From an uncultured Candidatus Binatia bacterium (GTDB taxonomy: Bacteria; Desulfobacterota; Binatia; UBA9968; JAJDTQ01), in the NCBI GenBank assembly GCA_965218305.1, contig OZ244617.1:715776-779775 (forward strand): a DNA stretch of 64,000 nucleotides. The letters run 5' to 3'. The notes beneath the pieces were generated by a model that did not search any database, was not told where the DNA came from, and worked only from the letters and a program-made list of their open reading frames with translations. A program made the position numbers and the translations under genes. How positions within the stretch are numbered: the first letter of the stretch is position 1; every line of letters begins with the position of its first letter. This document shows positions 27,916 through 37,059 of the stretch, one piece after another.

Positions 27916-28353
27916 TCAGAACGGGATGTCGTCGTCGATGGGCGGCGATTGGAACGAGGACGAGGCTTCGCCGAAGCCCTGGTCCTGGGGTTGATCCTGG
28001 GTTTCCTGGGAGGCTCTGGTGCCGCCCGCGCCCCCGAGGAACTGGACCCGCTGGGCGACAATTTCGGTGATGTAGCGCGTGTTGCCGGTCTTGTCCTCGT
28101 ACGAGCGGCTCTGGATCCGGCCCTGGACGAATACCTGCCGTCCCTTGGCCAGGTACTGGCCGCACGACTCGGCCTGCTTGCCCCACACGACGATGCGGTG
28201 CCACTCCGTCCGCTCCTGGGGGTTGCCGTCCTGCCCGGTCCAGGACTCGGAGGTGGCGATGGAGAAATTGGCTACCGCGCGGCCGCTCTGCGTGAAGCGG
28301 ACCTCCGGGTCCTTGCCAAGATTCCCTACGACAATTGCCATGTTCACCGACAT
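27916..28353 (-). CDS. ssb: Single-stranded DNA-binding protein.
   Basis: [38 protein letters not shown]... OB-fold, Gly/Gln-rich linker and acidic C-terminal tail DDDIPF. Confidence 0.9.
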   Translation of the reverse strand: MSVNMAIVVGNLGKDPEVRFTQSGRAVANFSIATSESWTGQDGNPQERTEWHRIVVWGKQAESCGQYLAKGRQVFVQGRIQSRSYEDKTGNTRYITEIVAQRVQFLGGAGGTRASQETQDQPQDQGFGEASSSFQSPPIDDDIPF

Positions 28354-28471
28354 AACGACCTCATCCGAATGGTTTCGACGGCGTTTGCGTGGACCTTATC
28401 GCTTGCGCCGTCCTTAGTCAATATGAACTTTCCGAGGGACCTTGCCGCGCTCCCGCGACGAATATGCGAGG

Positions 28472-28517
28472 CCCTCGAACCCCGAGGTCCTTCGAATCCC
28501 CAGGTCCCTCGAACCCG
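28472..28517. repeat. Imperfect tandem repeats (about 17-bp unit, TCGAAYCCCCRAGGTCC, about 2.5 copies) in the divergent ssb/tctC intergenic region.
   Basis: CCCTCGAACCCCGAGGTCC / TTCGAATCCCCAGGTCCC / TCGAACCCG. Sits about 120-165 bp upstream of ssb and about 190 bp upstream of tctC. Function unknown. Confidence 0.4.
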
Positions 28518-28703
28518 TTTGTTTCCGGCAACTTTCAACAGACAATTTCGGCATGACCCTTGACAAGTCCGGGGGACATCCATAAAAGATCATGTTTATT
28601 GCCCTCTTTTAGATATCGGCAGCCATCGGCAAAACTTTAGCCCATTGCAACGACCGAAGCGGACCTCGAACGCATTCCAGCCAAAATGACGGGAGGAAAG
28701 AAC

Positions 28704-29690
28704 ATGCGCAATCTGACGAACAGAATTCTGTTGGGCGCCGCCGCGCTTTGTCTGGCAGCGAGCTTGCCGCTGTCCCAGGCCGCTGCCGCCTTTCCCGACC
28801 GCAACATCAACCTGATCGTGCCGTTCTCGCCCGGCGGCGGCTACGACAGCATCGCCCGCGCGACCGCCCGGAGCATGAAGAAGTTCCTGCCCAAGGGCGT
28901 GAACGTCATCGTCAAGAACGTCACTGGCGCCGCCGGCCAACGCGCCAACGTGTTCGTGTACCGCGCCAAGCCCGACGGCTACACCATCGCCCACCTGCAG
29001 TCGTCCGGGATGCTCGGGCAGGAGATGATGTCGGAAAAGCCCGTCGGCTTCGAGACCGGCAAGTACACTTGGCTGGCCCGTGTGGGCGCGGACCCCTACG
29101 GTCTTCACGTATCGGCCAAGGGCCCCTACAAGTCCATCGAGGATCTCCAGAAGGCCAAGCGGATCACCTGGGGAGTCGAGGGCATCGGCGTGGGACGGTG
29201 GTTAGGCTGTTTCCTGGCCGCCAAGGCCTTCGGCATCGACTTTCACGTGGTGGCCGGCTACCGCGGCACGGGAGAGTCGCTGCCGGCGCTCCTGCGCGGC
29301 GACTTCGACGTCTGGGCCCAGCCCATCGACCATCCGTCCGTCACCTCCTACCTGGGGACGGACCTGCGCCCGGTGGCTCAACTGGACAAGAAGCGCGCGG
29401 TCCACGCCCCCGACACGAAGACGTCCTACGAGATGGGCTATGACCTGTACTTCAGCGACCTGCGCGCCTTCGGCGGCCCGCCGGGAATCCCCGAGGACCG
29501 GGCGAAGTTCCTCGAGGACCTTCTGCTCAAGGCGTTGAGGGACAAGGCCTACGTCGACTGGAAGAATTCGTCTAACTACGTGCTGGTGGAGGGGCCGGGA
29601 TCCACCGTGGCCCAGGACCTGAAGTACTACCAGAACCTGTTCGAGGCGAATATCGAGGAGATGCGGGCAGCCGCTAAAGCCACCCAGTAG
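28704..29690 (+). CDS. tctC: Tripartite tricarboxylate transporter substrate-binding protein (TctC/Bug family).
   Basis: Signal peptide MRNLTNRILLGAAALCLAASLPLSQAAAAFP, then the Bug-family motif ...NLIVPFSPGGGYDSIARA... GGGAGGAAAG Shine-Dalgarno. Confidence 0.85.
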   Translation: MRNLTNRILLGAAALCLAASLPLSQAAAAFPDRNINLIVPFSPGGGYDSIARATARSMKKFLPKGVNVIVKNVTGAAGQRANVFVYRAKPDGYTIAHLQSSGMLGQEMMSEKPVGFETGKYTWLARVGADPYGLHVSAKGPYKSIEDLQKAKRITWGVEGIGVGRWLGCFLAAKAFGIDFHVVAGYRGTGESLPALLRGDFDVWAQPIDHPSVTSYLGTDLRPVAQLDKKRAVHAPDTKTSYEMGYDLYFSDLRAFGGPPGIPEDRAKFLEDLLLKALRDKAYVDWKNSSNYVLVEGPGSTVAQDLKYYQNLFEANIEEMRAAAKATQ

Positions 29691-29760
29691 GGGCGGGTTT
29701 CAAAACCGCCTGTGCCCGGGTATCAAACCCGTGGCCGCTTGTTTGTGACGCGGGCCACGG
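29687..29760. repeat. REP-like hairpins inside the tctC-tctA intergenic spacer.
   Basis: GTAGGGGCGGGTTTCAAAACCGCC at 29687-29710, whose TAG is the tctC stop. A second imperfect hairpin CCCGTGGCCGC...GCGGGCCACGGG lies at about 29728-29762. Confidence 0.6.
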
Positions 29761-29804
29761 GCGATAACCCGGAACCGTAGGGGCCGCGTTCGAGGATCGA
29801 AGCC

Positions 29805-31298
29805 ATGTGGGAACCTTTCGTGCAGGCAATGGGTGAGCTCAGCCAGCCGGCGAATCTGCTGGTGCTCGCCGTCGGCGCCGTGGCCGGCCTGATCCTTGGG
29901 GCGCTCCCCGGGCTGTTCCTGGCGGGCTTGACCATCGGCATGACCTTCACCTTCGGGTGGGACGCCGGCACCGCCATGTTCCTCATGGCGGGGATGATGG
30001 GGGCGGCCACCGAAGGGGGATCGGTTCCCGCGATCCTGCTCAACATCCCGGGGGAGGCGCCCAACGCCGCCACCTGCTTTGACGGCCATCCCATGGCCCG
30101 CCGCGGCGAGGCGGGCCGGGCCGTGGGGCTGGCCGCCGCCTCATCGTTTCTGGGCGCCGTGGTGGGCATGTGCTTCCTGATGATCCTGCTCCCCTTCGTG
30201 AAGATCATCGTGCTGTCCTTCGGTCCGCCCGAGTTCTTCATGCTGGTGGTCTTCGGCCTCCTGACGGTGGCCTACGCGGCCCGTGGCAACATGCTCAAGG
30301 GGCTCGTGTCCGCGGGCATCGGCGTGCTGCTGTCACTCATCGGCTTCAGCCCGGTGCACGGGGTGCTGCGGTTCAACTTCGGCAGCGACCTCTACCTGTG
30401 GGACGGGATCCCGCTGGTGCCGTTCTTCATCGGGCTGTTCGCCATCGCCGAGCTGGTCAACCACGTGCTGCGCGGCGATACCATCGCCGCGGGCGGCGCG
30501 CGCATCAGGGTGGGCCTGTTCGGCGCCTTCAAGGGATTCGGGGAGGTCTTCCACCACAAGACCACGCTGGTACGGAGCTCGGCCATCGGAATTTTCGCGG
30601 GCATCATCCCCGGCATCGGCGGCGTGCTGGCGAACTTCCTTTCCTATTCCATGGCGGTGCAGTTCTCCAAGACCCCGGAGAAGTTCGGCACCGGCACTCC
30701 CGAGGGCATCATCGCTTCCGAGGCCTCCAATGATGCCAAGGACGGCGGCGCCCTGTTGCCCACCATCATCTTCGGCATCCCCGGCAGCGCCGGCATGGCG
30801 GTGCTCCTGGGCGCCTTTATCCTCCATGGGCTCCAGCCCGGTTTCTTTTTCATCCGGGAGCACATGGACATCGTGTTCGTGCTGATCTTCGGCTTCGTGA
30901 TCTCCAACTTCCTCGCCAGCCTCATGGCCGCGTTCGGCGCCGACATCCTCGCCCGGGTCACGACGCTACGCGTGGGATACGTGGTCCCCGCCGCGTTCCT
31001 GCTGTCCATCGGCGGCGCCTACGCCGCCCGTGAGAACGTCTGGGACATCGGCATCGCCATCGCGGCGGGCATCCTCGGTTTCGCGTTCAACCGGTTCGGC
31101 TTCTCGCTGGTCACGCTGGTCATCGGTTTTCTGCTGGGGGTTCGCGCGGAACTCTCCTTCGTCCAGTCGCTGCAGATTTCCGCGGGCAGCTACGCCATCT
31201 TCTTCAATCGACCCGTCACCATCGTGCTGATGCTGCTGAGCATTCTGCTGCTGTGTCTGCCGTGGTTGTCGAGCCGGAAAGCGAAGGCGTCGTCATGA
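29805..31298 (+). CDS. tctA: Tripartite tricarboxylate transporter permease TctA.
   Basis: 497 aa polytopic membrane protein with a TctA-like duplicated architecture. Confidence 0.85.
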   Translation: MWEPFVQAMGELSQPANLLVLAVGAVAGLILGALPGLFLAGLTIGMTFTFGWDAGTAMFLMAGMMGAATEGGSVPAILLNIPGEAPNAATCFDGHPMARRGEAGRAVGLAAASSFLGAVVGMCFLMILLPFVKIIVLSFGPPEFFMLVVFGLLTVAYAARGNMLKGLVSAGIGVLLSLIGFSPVHGVLRFNFGSDLYLWDGIPLVPFFIGLFAIAELVNHVLRGDTIAAGGARIRVGLFGAFKGFGEVFHHKTTLVRSSAIGIFAGIIPGIGGVLANFLSYSMAVQFSKTPEKFGTGTPEGIIASEASNDAKDGGALLPTIIFGIPGSAGMAVLLGAFILHGLQPGFFFIREHMDIVFVLIFGFVISNFLASLMAAFGADILARVTTLRVGYVVPAAFLLSIGGAYAARENVWDIGIAIAAGILGFAFNRFGFSLVTLVIGFLLGVRAELSFVQSLQISAGSYAIFFNRPVTIVLMLLSILLLCLPWLSSRKAKASS

Positions 31299-31816
31299 AG
31301 GGGTCCACGCTTCTCGGTGTGATCCTGGTGGCCACCTCCCTGCTGTTCTTCGGGTGGTCGTTCTCGTACCGCGGCATGGCGGGCTTCGTTCCGCTGGTGC
31401 TGTCGTTACCGACGGTCGCGCTGGCGGTCCTGTGCCTGGCCGGCGAGCGCTATCCCGGTATCCTGAAAGTCTTCGAGGTGAGCCTGGAAGATGTCCTCAC
31501 CTCGGCCGCGGGAGCCGAAGGGAGCGTCGAGGTCCCGGGGGCGCAGGCAGGGCCCAAGGCCGGCGAGATGGGCCTCATCACCCGAATGTTCGGGTGGTTC
31601 GCCGTCTTCGGGTTGCTCGTCTTCATCACCGGGTTCTACATTTCGACCACCGTGTTCGCCCTGTCATTCACGCGTATACAGGGCGGCATCAACTGGTTCG
31701 GAGCGGTCTTCATCACCGCCCTGGCGCTGGGCTTCTTCTACTTCATCTTCCAGGAGACGCTGTCCGTCGACCTTTTTGAGGGCGTCCTGTTCGGCGCCTT
31801 CATCCCGCCGCTGTAG
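31295..31816 (+). CDS. tctB: Tripartite tricarboxylate transporter TctB family small membrane protein.
   Basis: 173 aa with 4 transmembrane segments. ATGA overlap with tctA. Confidence 0.7.
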   Translation: MKGSTLLGVILVATSLLFFGWSFSYRGMAGFVPLVLSLPTVALAVLCLAGERYPGILKVFEVSLEDVLTSAAGAEGSVEVPGAQAGPKAGEMGLITRMFGWFAVFGLLVFITGFYISTTVFALSFTRIQGGINWFGAVFITALALGFFYFIFQETLSVDLFEGVLFGAFIPPL

Positions 31817-31844
31817 CGTCCCTGCCGGGCGAGCGCAGTCCGGC

Positions 31845-31895
31845 ATCCCACCTCCCCGTCATCCCGGACTTGATCCGGGATCCAGGAGGGGCGTG
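31845..31895. repeat. Variant copy of the GTCATYCCSG...CSGGAATCCAGG hairpin repeat family.
   Basis: CGTCATCCCGGACTTGATCCGGGATCCAGGAGGGGCG, compared with GTCATTCCCGCGAAAGCGGGAATCCAGG elsewhere. Confidence 0.5.
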
Positions 31896-31930
31896 GCCGA
31901 TTCCCACGGAGGCGGGAAACCCAGCGCCCC

Positions 31931-33031
31931 TTACAAAGTGATCCAGCGTTGTTCCTCAGACGAATTCAGCGCGGCGTCCAACACCCGCTGGGCGGCCAGA
32001 CCGTCGGCGAAGCTGGGCGACGCCGGGGTGCCGTTTCGGATCGCCCCCACGAAGTCGCGCGTGAGCTTGGCGAAGATGAACTCCCCCTGGGCCCGCTGCG
32101 GGTTCAGGGCGTCGAGCCCCCGGGTGTAGCGTTCCGGGATCTCCAGGGGCTCCGGCGAACGGGTGTCGCCACGGGCGCCCCACAGATGGCCGCGCACCCA
32201 CCCTTCCACGTTGCGGTCGAACGTGAACCGCAGCATCCCGGCATCGCCGTATATTTCCAGGTTCTGGTAGTTGCTTTTTCGTGCCACCGCGCTCACGCGG
32301 ACGCACGCCGAGGCGCCGCCGCCGAGTCGTCCCATCAGCGTGAAGCTGTCGTCCACCGTCACCGGCTGCACCGTGCCCCGCTCATCCATCCGTTCCGGTA
32401 TGAAGGTGTCGGCGTGCCCCCAGATGCTCTCGAACTCCCCGACGAGCCAGCGGAGCCGGTCCACCACGTGCACGCCGATGTCGCCGAGCACTCCGAAGCC
32501 GGCCAGCTCCCGGCGGTGGCGCCAGTAGTGGGTCTGGTTCGGGGCCGCGCGGTTCTCGCTGAACCAGCGGCTCTCGACCTGGAGCACCCGCTCGCCCACG
32601 TAGCCGTCGTCCATGAGCTCCTTCATGTAGGCCAGGGCCGGGATGTGGCGGTGGTTGAAAGCGGTCATGTGCACCCGCCCGGCTGCCTCCGCCTGCTTCA
32701 GCATGGCCTCGGCCTCCGCCGCGTTCATGGCCAGGGGCTTTTCGCACAGCAGGTGGAGCCCCTCCCGCACCGCCGCGGCGGCGATCTCGGCATGGACATG
32801 CGGCGGCGCGACGATGCTCACCGCATCGAGCCCCTCGTGGGCCAGGAGCCCGCGGTAGTCCGTGTACACGTGGGGCACGCCGAATTCCCCGGCCAGCGCC
32901 TCGGCCTTGTCCTTCGTCCGCTGGCAGAAGGCCACCACCTCGGCGTCCTCGGTGGCGCCGAAGCCCTGCAGATGCTGGATACCGAAACCGCCGCCGATAA
33001 CGCCGATTCGCACCGGTTGACCCGTTGTCAT
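31931..33031 (-). CDS. Gfo/Idh/MocA family oxidoreductase.
   Basis: MTTGQPVRIGVIGGGFGIQHLQGF...EKPLAMNAAEAEAM... NAD(P)-binding Rossmann fold plus the GFO C-terminal domain. AGGAGGAAAC-ATG. The 755-aa track ORF is an upstream read-through artefact. Confidence 0.85.
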   Translation of the reverse strand: MTTGQPVRIGVIGGGFGIQHLQGFGATEDAEVVAFCQRTKDKAEALAGEFGVPHVYTDYRGLLAHEGLDAVSIVAPPHVHAEIAAAAVREGLHLLCEKPLAMNAAEAEAMLKQAEAAGRVHMTAFNHRHIPALAYMKELMDDGYVGERVLQVESRWFSENRAAPNQTHYWRHRRELAGFGVLGDIGVHVVDRLRWLVGEFESIWGHADTFIPERMDERGTVQPVTVDDSFTLMGRLGGGASACVRVSAVARKSNYQNLEIYGDAGMLRFTFDRNVEGWVRGHLWGARGDTRSPEPLEIPERYTRGLDALNPQRAQGEFIFAKLTRDFVGAIRNGTPASPSFADGLAAQRVLDAALNSSEEQRWITL

Positions 33032-33072
33032 GTTTCCTCCTGTTGTCCCTTGTGACGCACTCGGGTCACGGT

Positions 33073-34305
33073 TCAGGTTTTTATGGGAGTTGTCGCCCTG
33101 GGAATTCCCAGAACGGTGACCGCGGCCAGAAGATTGACGGCGCCGAACAGATAGAAGGTGTAGCTCAGGCCGTAGTGGTCGGCGACGGCGCCGACAATCA
33201 GCGGGAAGAGCAGCGACAGCGAGGACCGGCCGACGTCCATGAAGGTTTGGGCCGCGCCCCAGATCTCCTTGGGCGCGTGCTCCAGGCCGCTGGCCTGGAT
33301 GATGGGTCCCACCGCGAAGAGCGCCATCCCGCCCAGGGACACCACGGGCAGCAGCAGCCAACCGGACGGAAACAACGGGATCGAGCCGATCAGCAGTCCG
33401 CCCGTGAACAACGAGACGAAGATCGTGCTCTTTCGCCCCCACCGGTCCGACAGGTGCCCCACGATGGGGGCGAAAACCGTCCCCACCAGCGCCAGGCACC
33501 CTAGATAGACGCCGATGGCGGCCGTGCCCATCTTCATCTCCACCGAAAGGTAGAGCGGCAGAAAGGTCGGAATGAGATTCTCGCCGATGGATCGCAGACC
33601 GGCCACAACGGTCACGCCGATCAAGGGGAGATTGGTGAGGACGTCGCTGCGTAGCGCCCGGCCATAGGATCCGCTCTGCCGCTCTTGCGGCACGTGTCCC
33701 AGGCGCGGCAGCAAGAGCCAGAGAAAGACCGCGGTGACGATTCCGGGCAGGAACTGGAAAGTGAAAACCGCGCGCCAGGTCACCCAGGCGAGCACCGCTC
33801 CCACAATGGCGGGGCCGGCGGCGGCGGCGAGATTGCCGCCCATGGCATGGATCCCCAGGGCGAACCCCATGCGGTCCGGGAACCTGTCGCCGATGACGGC
33901 GCGCGCCGGTGCGTGCCACAGGAACCCCCCCAGCAGCGCCTGGATGCAAAGGAGCGCTCCGAAGATCCAGAACGTGGTGGAGAACCCCTGAAGCGAGAAG
34001 AACAAGGAGGGCCACACCAGGGACAACAGCAGGATGCCCTTGCGATCCTTCAAGAAGTCCGTTGCCAGGCCGCCGACGGTGATACTGATGATATGCGATA
34101 CGCGTTGAATCGAGCGAAGCGCGCCGAGCTGAGTGTAGGTGATGCCGAAGTCTTGGGTGATCAGCGGCAGGGACACCGTCAGGATGCCCTGGAACCAATG
34201 GGTGACGCCGTGGCCCGCCGCCAACAGCGTCAGGATGCGGCCCCGCGGCGGCTCCGGTGCGGCAGCGGCAGATGCGGAGGCGGAAGGGTCGGATGAAGCG
34301 TTCAC
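33073..34305 (-). CDS. MFS transporter.
   Basis: 410 aa, about 12 transmembrane segments. The apparent start is a GTG at 34305. Confidence 0.75.
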   Translation of the reverse strand: MNASSDPSASASAAAAPEPPRGRILTLLAAGHGVTHWFQGILTVSLPLITQDFGITYTQLGALRSIQRVSHIISITVGGLATDFLKDRKGILLLSLVWPSLFFSLQGFSTTFWIFGALLCIQALLGGFLWHAPARAVIGDRFPDRMGFALGIHAMGGNLAAAAGPAIVGAVLAWVTWRAVFTFQFLPGIVTAVFLWLLLPRLGHVPQERQSGSYGRALRSDVLTNLPLIGVTVVAGLRSIGENLIPTFLPLYLSVEMKMGTAAIGVYLGCLALVGTVFAPIVGHLSDRWGRKSTIFVSLFTGGLLIGSIPLFPSGWLLLPVVSLGGMALFAVGPIIQASGLEHAPKEIWGAAQTFMDVGRSSLSLLFPLIVGAVADHYGLSYTFYLFGAVNLLAAVTVLGIPRATTPIKT

Positions 34306-34345
34306 TGCGGATGCCCCGCCCGCGTTCCGGGCGTCAGCCCTGGCG

Positions 34346-34440
34346 GTGGCGGAGAAGGGAGGGAGTCGAACCCTCCGAGAACCTTACGGCCCTCAGACTG
34401 GTTTTGAAGACCAGCGGCACCACCGGGCACCTTCCTTCTC
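34346..34440 (-). tRNA. selC: tRNA-Sec (selenocysteine, anticodon UCA).
   Basis: Minus-strand sequence GGAGAAGGAAGGTGCCCGGTGGTGCCGCTGGTCTTCAAAACCAGTCTGAGGGCCGTAAGGTTCTCGGAGGGTTCGACTCCCTCCCTTCTCCGCCA. 95 nt, 8-bp acceptor stem, anticodon loop CUUCAAA, long variable arm, GGTTCGACTCC T-loop, encoded CCA. Confidence 0.85.
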
Positions 34441-34601
34441 CGGAGAAGCATGGATTCGTTCGGGTGAATAAGGGATGGGTATCGCCACTACCCTAGACAA
34501 TCCATGATGATTTGGCAAAACGGACACCTTGGCAACGTACCATGGGTGTCGTGAAGGCGTTCTCCATCATTCCCGGCGTCCGTTCGAACCTCCCAGGGAG
34601 C

Positions 34602-36929
34602 TCAGGTTCCCACCGCGCGGCGCCCAAGGTCGGGCGGGGTGAAAGCCTGTACTTCCGGTAGGCTCTCCTCAAACGCCTGAACCTCGACCAAGGTCGTCTG
34701 GGAGACCGGACCCTGCGCGAGGCGTGAGGTGCCCTTGTCCAGAGTCAGAACGTTGGGATTGCCGTGTCGTTCCAAACCGCCCGGCGCCGCGGGGTCGAAC
34801 CATGCTCCGGTTGCGAGCACGACGACGTTGGGCGATACGTTCCCGGTGATGCGGGCGCCGGCGAGACAGGCTCCGCGATCGTTGTACACACGCACGACGT
34901 TCCCGTCCTCGATCCCCCTGGCGGCGGCAGTGGCGGGGTGGATCAGGATCGGCTCGCGGCCCTGTACCTTGTTGGCCAAGCTGACGGCTCCCGGGTCATG
35001 CTGACTGTGAAGTCTCGTGGTTGGCTGATGGGAGATGAGGTGGAGAGGAAAACGGCCGGCCGTCTCTCCGCCCAGCCACTCCTGCGGCTCGATCCAGGCC
35101 GGATGCCCGGGGCAGTCGTCGTAACCGAAGCTCGCAATGGTTTCCGAGAAGATCTCGATACGCCCGGACGGCGTCGGCAAAGGGTGCGCGACGGGATCCT
35201 CCCGGAATTGGGCAAGCAGCACTTTCTCCTCTCCCTCCGTCGGCAGGGTGATATGACCGGCATCCCAGAATGCATCGAATCGTGGCAGCGTAATATCTTC
35301 GCGGATCAACCGGCGGCGAAACCCGTCGTAGAGGTGGCGTAGCCAGTCTTGCTCCAGCCGGCCCTCGGTGAAGCCGTCCTTGAACCCCAATCGCTCGGCA
35401 AGGCCCGAGAAGATGTCGTAGTCGTTCCGTGCCTCACCGACCGGAGGGATTGCCTGAGCCATGGCGAATACCATGGGATCGGTCGGCTGCCAGCCGATGT
35501 CGTTGCGTTCCAGGGAGGTGGTGGCCGGCAGCACGATGTCGGCATGCCGCGCTTGAGGGTTCCACCAGGGCTCGTGGACGATGATCGTTTCCGGACGCTG
35601 CCATGCCTCCACCAGCCGGTTGAGGTCCTGGTGGTGATGAAAGGGGTTGCCGCCGCACCAGTAAACGAGACGGATGTCGGGATACCGCAGTCGCTGTCCG
35701 TTGTAGTCAAACGGTTCTCCGGGGTTGAGGAGCATGTCCGCAATCCGCGCCACCGGAATAAAGGCCTTTACGGGGTTCGCGCCTTGCGGCAGCGCCATTC
35801 CACTGACGGACCTCACGGGATTGCCGATGGAGCCGGTGGAGCCGTAGCCGTAGCCGATGCCGCCTCCGGGAATCCCGATTTCGCCCAGCATCGCAGCCAG
35901 AACCGCCGCCATCCAGTAGGGCTGTTCGCCATGGTCGGCACGCTGTAGCGACCAGCTCGCCGTAATGAGGGTCCGCTTCGCGGCCATGCGTCGGGCCAGC
36001 TTGCGGATGGTGTTCGCGGGGATGCCGCATACGGCGCCTGCCCATTCCGGGTCTTTTGGTTGACCGTCCTGCTCACCCATGAGATAGGCGCGAAAGGATT
36101 CGAACCCGATGCAATATTGGTCCAGGAACGTCCGGTCGTGGAGGCCCTCGTGAACCAGCGTGTGGGCCAGACCCAACATCAGCGCGGTGTCGGTGTTGGG
36201 GCGTGGCGCCAACCATTCCGCCTCGAGGAAATCCGCGGCGTCGTCCCTTAGGGGGCTGACGTTCACGAACTCGACGCCGTTCTCCTTGCAGCGTTCGAGC
36301 CAGCCGCGTGTGGCATGCTTGCCCAAGCCGCCGGCGCTGACCTGGGTATTCTTGAGCGGGAGTCCCCCGAAACTGACCACAAGCTTCGTATGCCTGGCGA
36401 TCACCGGCCACGAGGTGGCTCCGCCGCGGATGGCTCCCCAGCCGTATCCGAAGACATGGGGGACGATGACTTCCCCCGCCGCAAAGCTGTAGGTGTTGAC
36501 GGACCGGACATAGCCGCCCAACTGGTTCAGGAAGCGGTGCAGTTGACTCTGGGCGTGGTGGAAACGACCCGCGGAGGCCCAGCCGTAGGAGCCCCCGAAA
36601 ATTCCCGAGTTCCCGAAGGACTCCCGTACTCGCCGCAGCTCGCCGGCGACCAGGTCAAGCGCTTCGTCCCAGCTCACGGGAATGAAGGGCTCCGTACCGC
36701 GGCCCCCTCGATGATTCCCGGGTCCTCGCTCCAGCCAACCCTTGCGTACCATTGGCTGTGCGATCCGGCAGGCGTGGTGCACGACGTCGGGAATCGAGCG
36801 CCCGATTGGCGACGGATCCGGGTCATCGGCAAACGGGTGTGCCGCCACGATGCGCCCGGCCCGGACCTCGACCTGGTAGGCACCCCAGTGGAGGGATGTT
36901 TGAACGTGTTTCGAATGCGTACTTTCCAT
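34602..36929 (-). CDS. Molybdopterin oxidoreductase of the DMSO reductase family (biotin sulfoxide/TMAO reductase BisC/TorZ-like, cytoplasmic).
   Basis: MESTHSKHVQTSLHWGAYQVEV... No Tat signal. Molybdopterin-binding domains throughout. No in-frame TGA. Confidence 0.8.
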   Translation of the reverse strand: MESTHSKHVQTSLHWGAYQVEVRAGRIVAAHPFADDPDPSPIGRSIPDVVHHACRIAQPMVRKGWLERGPGNHRGGRGTEPFIPVSWDEALDLVAGELRRVRESFGNSGIFGGSYGWASAGRFHHAQSQLHRFLNQLGGYVRSVNTYSFAAGEVIVPHVFGYGWGAIRGGATSWPVIARHTKLVVSFGGLPLKNTQVSAGGLGKHATRGWLERCKENGVEFVNVSPLRDDAADFLEAEWLAPRPNTDTALMLGLAHTLVHEGLHDRTFLDQYCIGFESFRAYLMGEQDGQPKDPEWAGAVCGIPANTIRKLARRMAAKRTLITASWSLQRADHGEQPYWMAAVLAAMLGEIGIPGGGIGYGYGSTGSIGNPVRSVSGMALPQGANPVKAFIPVARIADMLLNPGEPFDYNGQRLRYPDIRLVYWCGGNPFHHHQDLNRLVEAWQRPETIIVHEPWWNPQARHADIVLPATTSLERNDIGWQPTDPMVFAMAQAIPPVGEARNDYDIFSGLAERLGFKDGFTEGRLEQDWLRHLYDGFRRRLIREDITLPRFDAFWDAGHITLPTEGEEKVLLAQFREDPVAHPLPTPSGRIEIFSETIASFGYDDCPGHPAWIEPQEWLGGETAGRFPLHLISHQPTTRLHSQHDPGAVSLANKVQGREPILIHPATAAARGIEDGNVVRVYNDRGACLAGARITGNVSPNVVVLATGAWFDPAAPGGLERHGNPNVLTLDKGTSRLAQGPVSQTTLVEVQAFEESLPEVQAFTPPDLGRRAVGT

Positions 36930-37059
36930 TTGTCTCGACTCCCGCTTCCCAACATTTCCTATTGCATGAACGAAATCAATGGAACTAGTGTGATTTGTAG
37001 CGCCCATGCAACAGGGTCAACTTGAGGAGAAGGTCGATTACGAACCGGGGGAGGTGACA

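Noticed and set aside
31931-34198. 755-aa minus-strand ORF fusing the Gfo/Idh/MocA gene with antisense MFS sequence.
   Set aside because: The real gene starts at the ATG at 33031 with an AGGAGG Shine-Dalgarno. The upstream extension is antisense to the MFS transporter.
34602-36929. Possible selenocysteine-containing molybdoenzyme next to tRNA-Sec.
   Set aside because: The ORF is uninterrupted with no in-frame TGA. Its N-terminus is BisC/TorZ-like, whose Mo ligand is Ser. No SECIS-like context was found.
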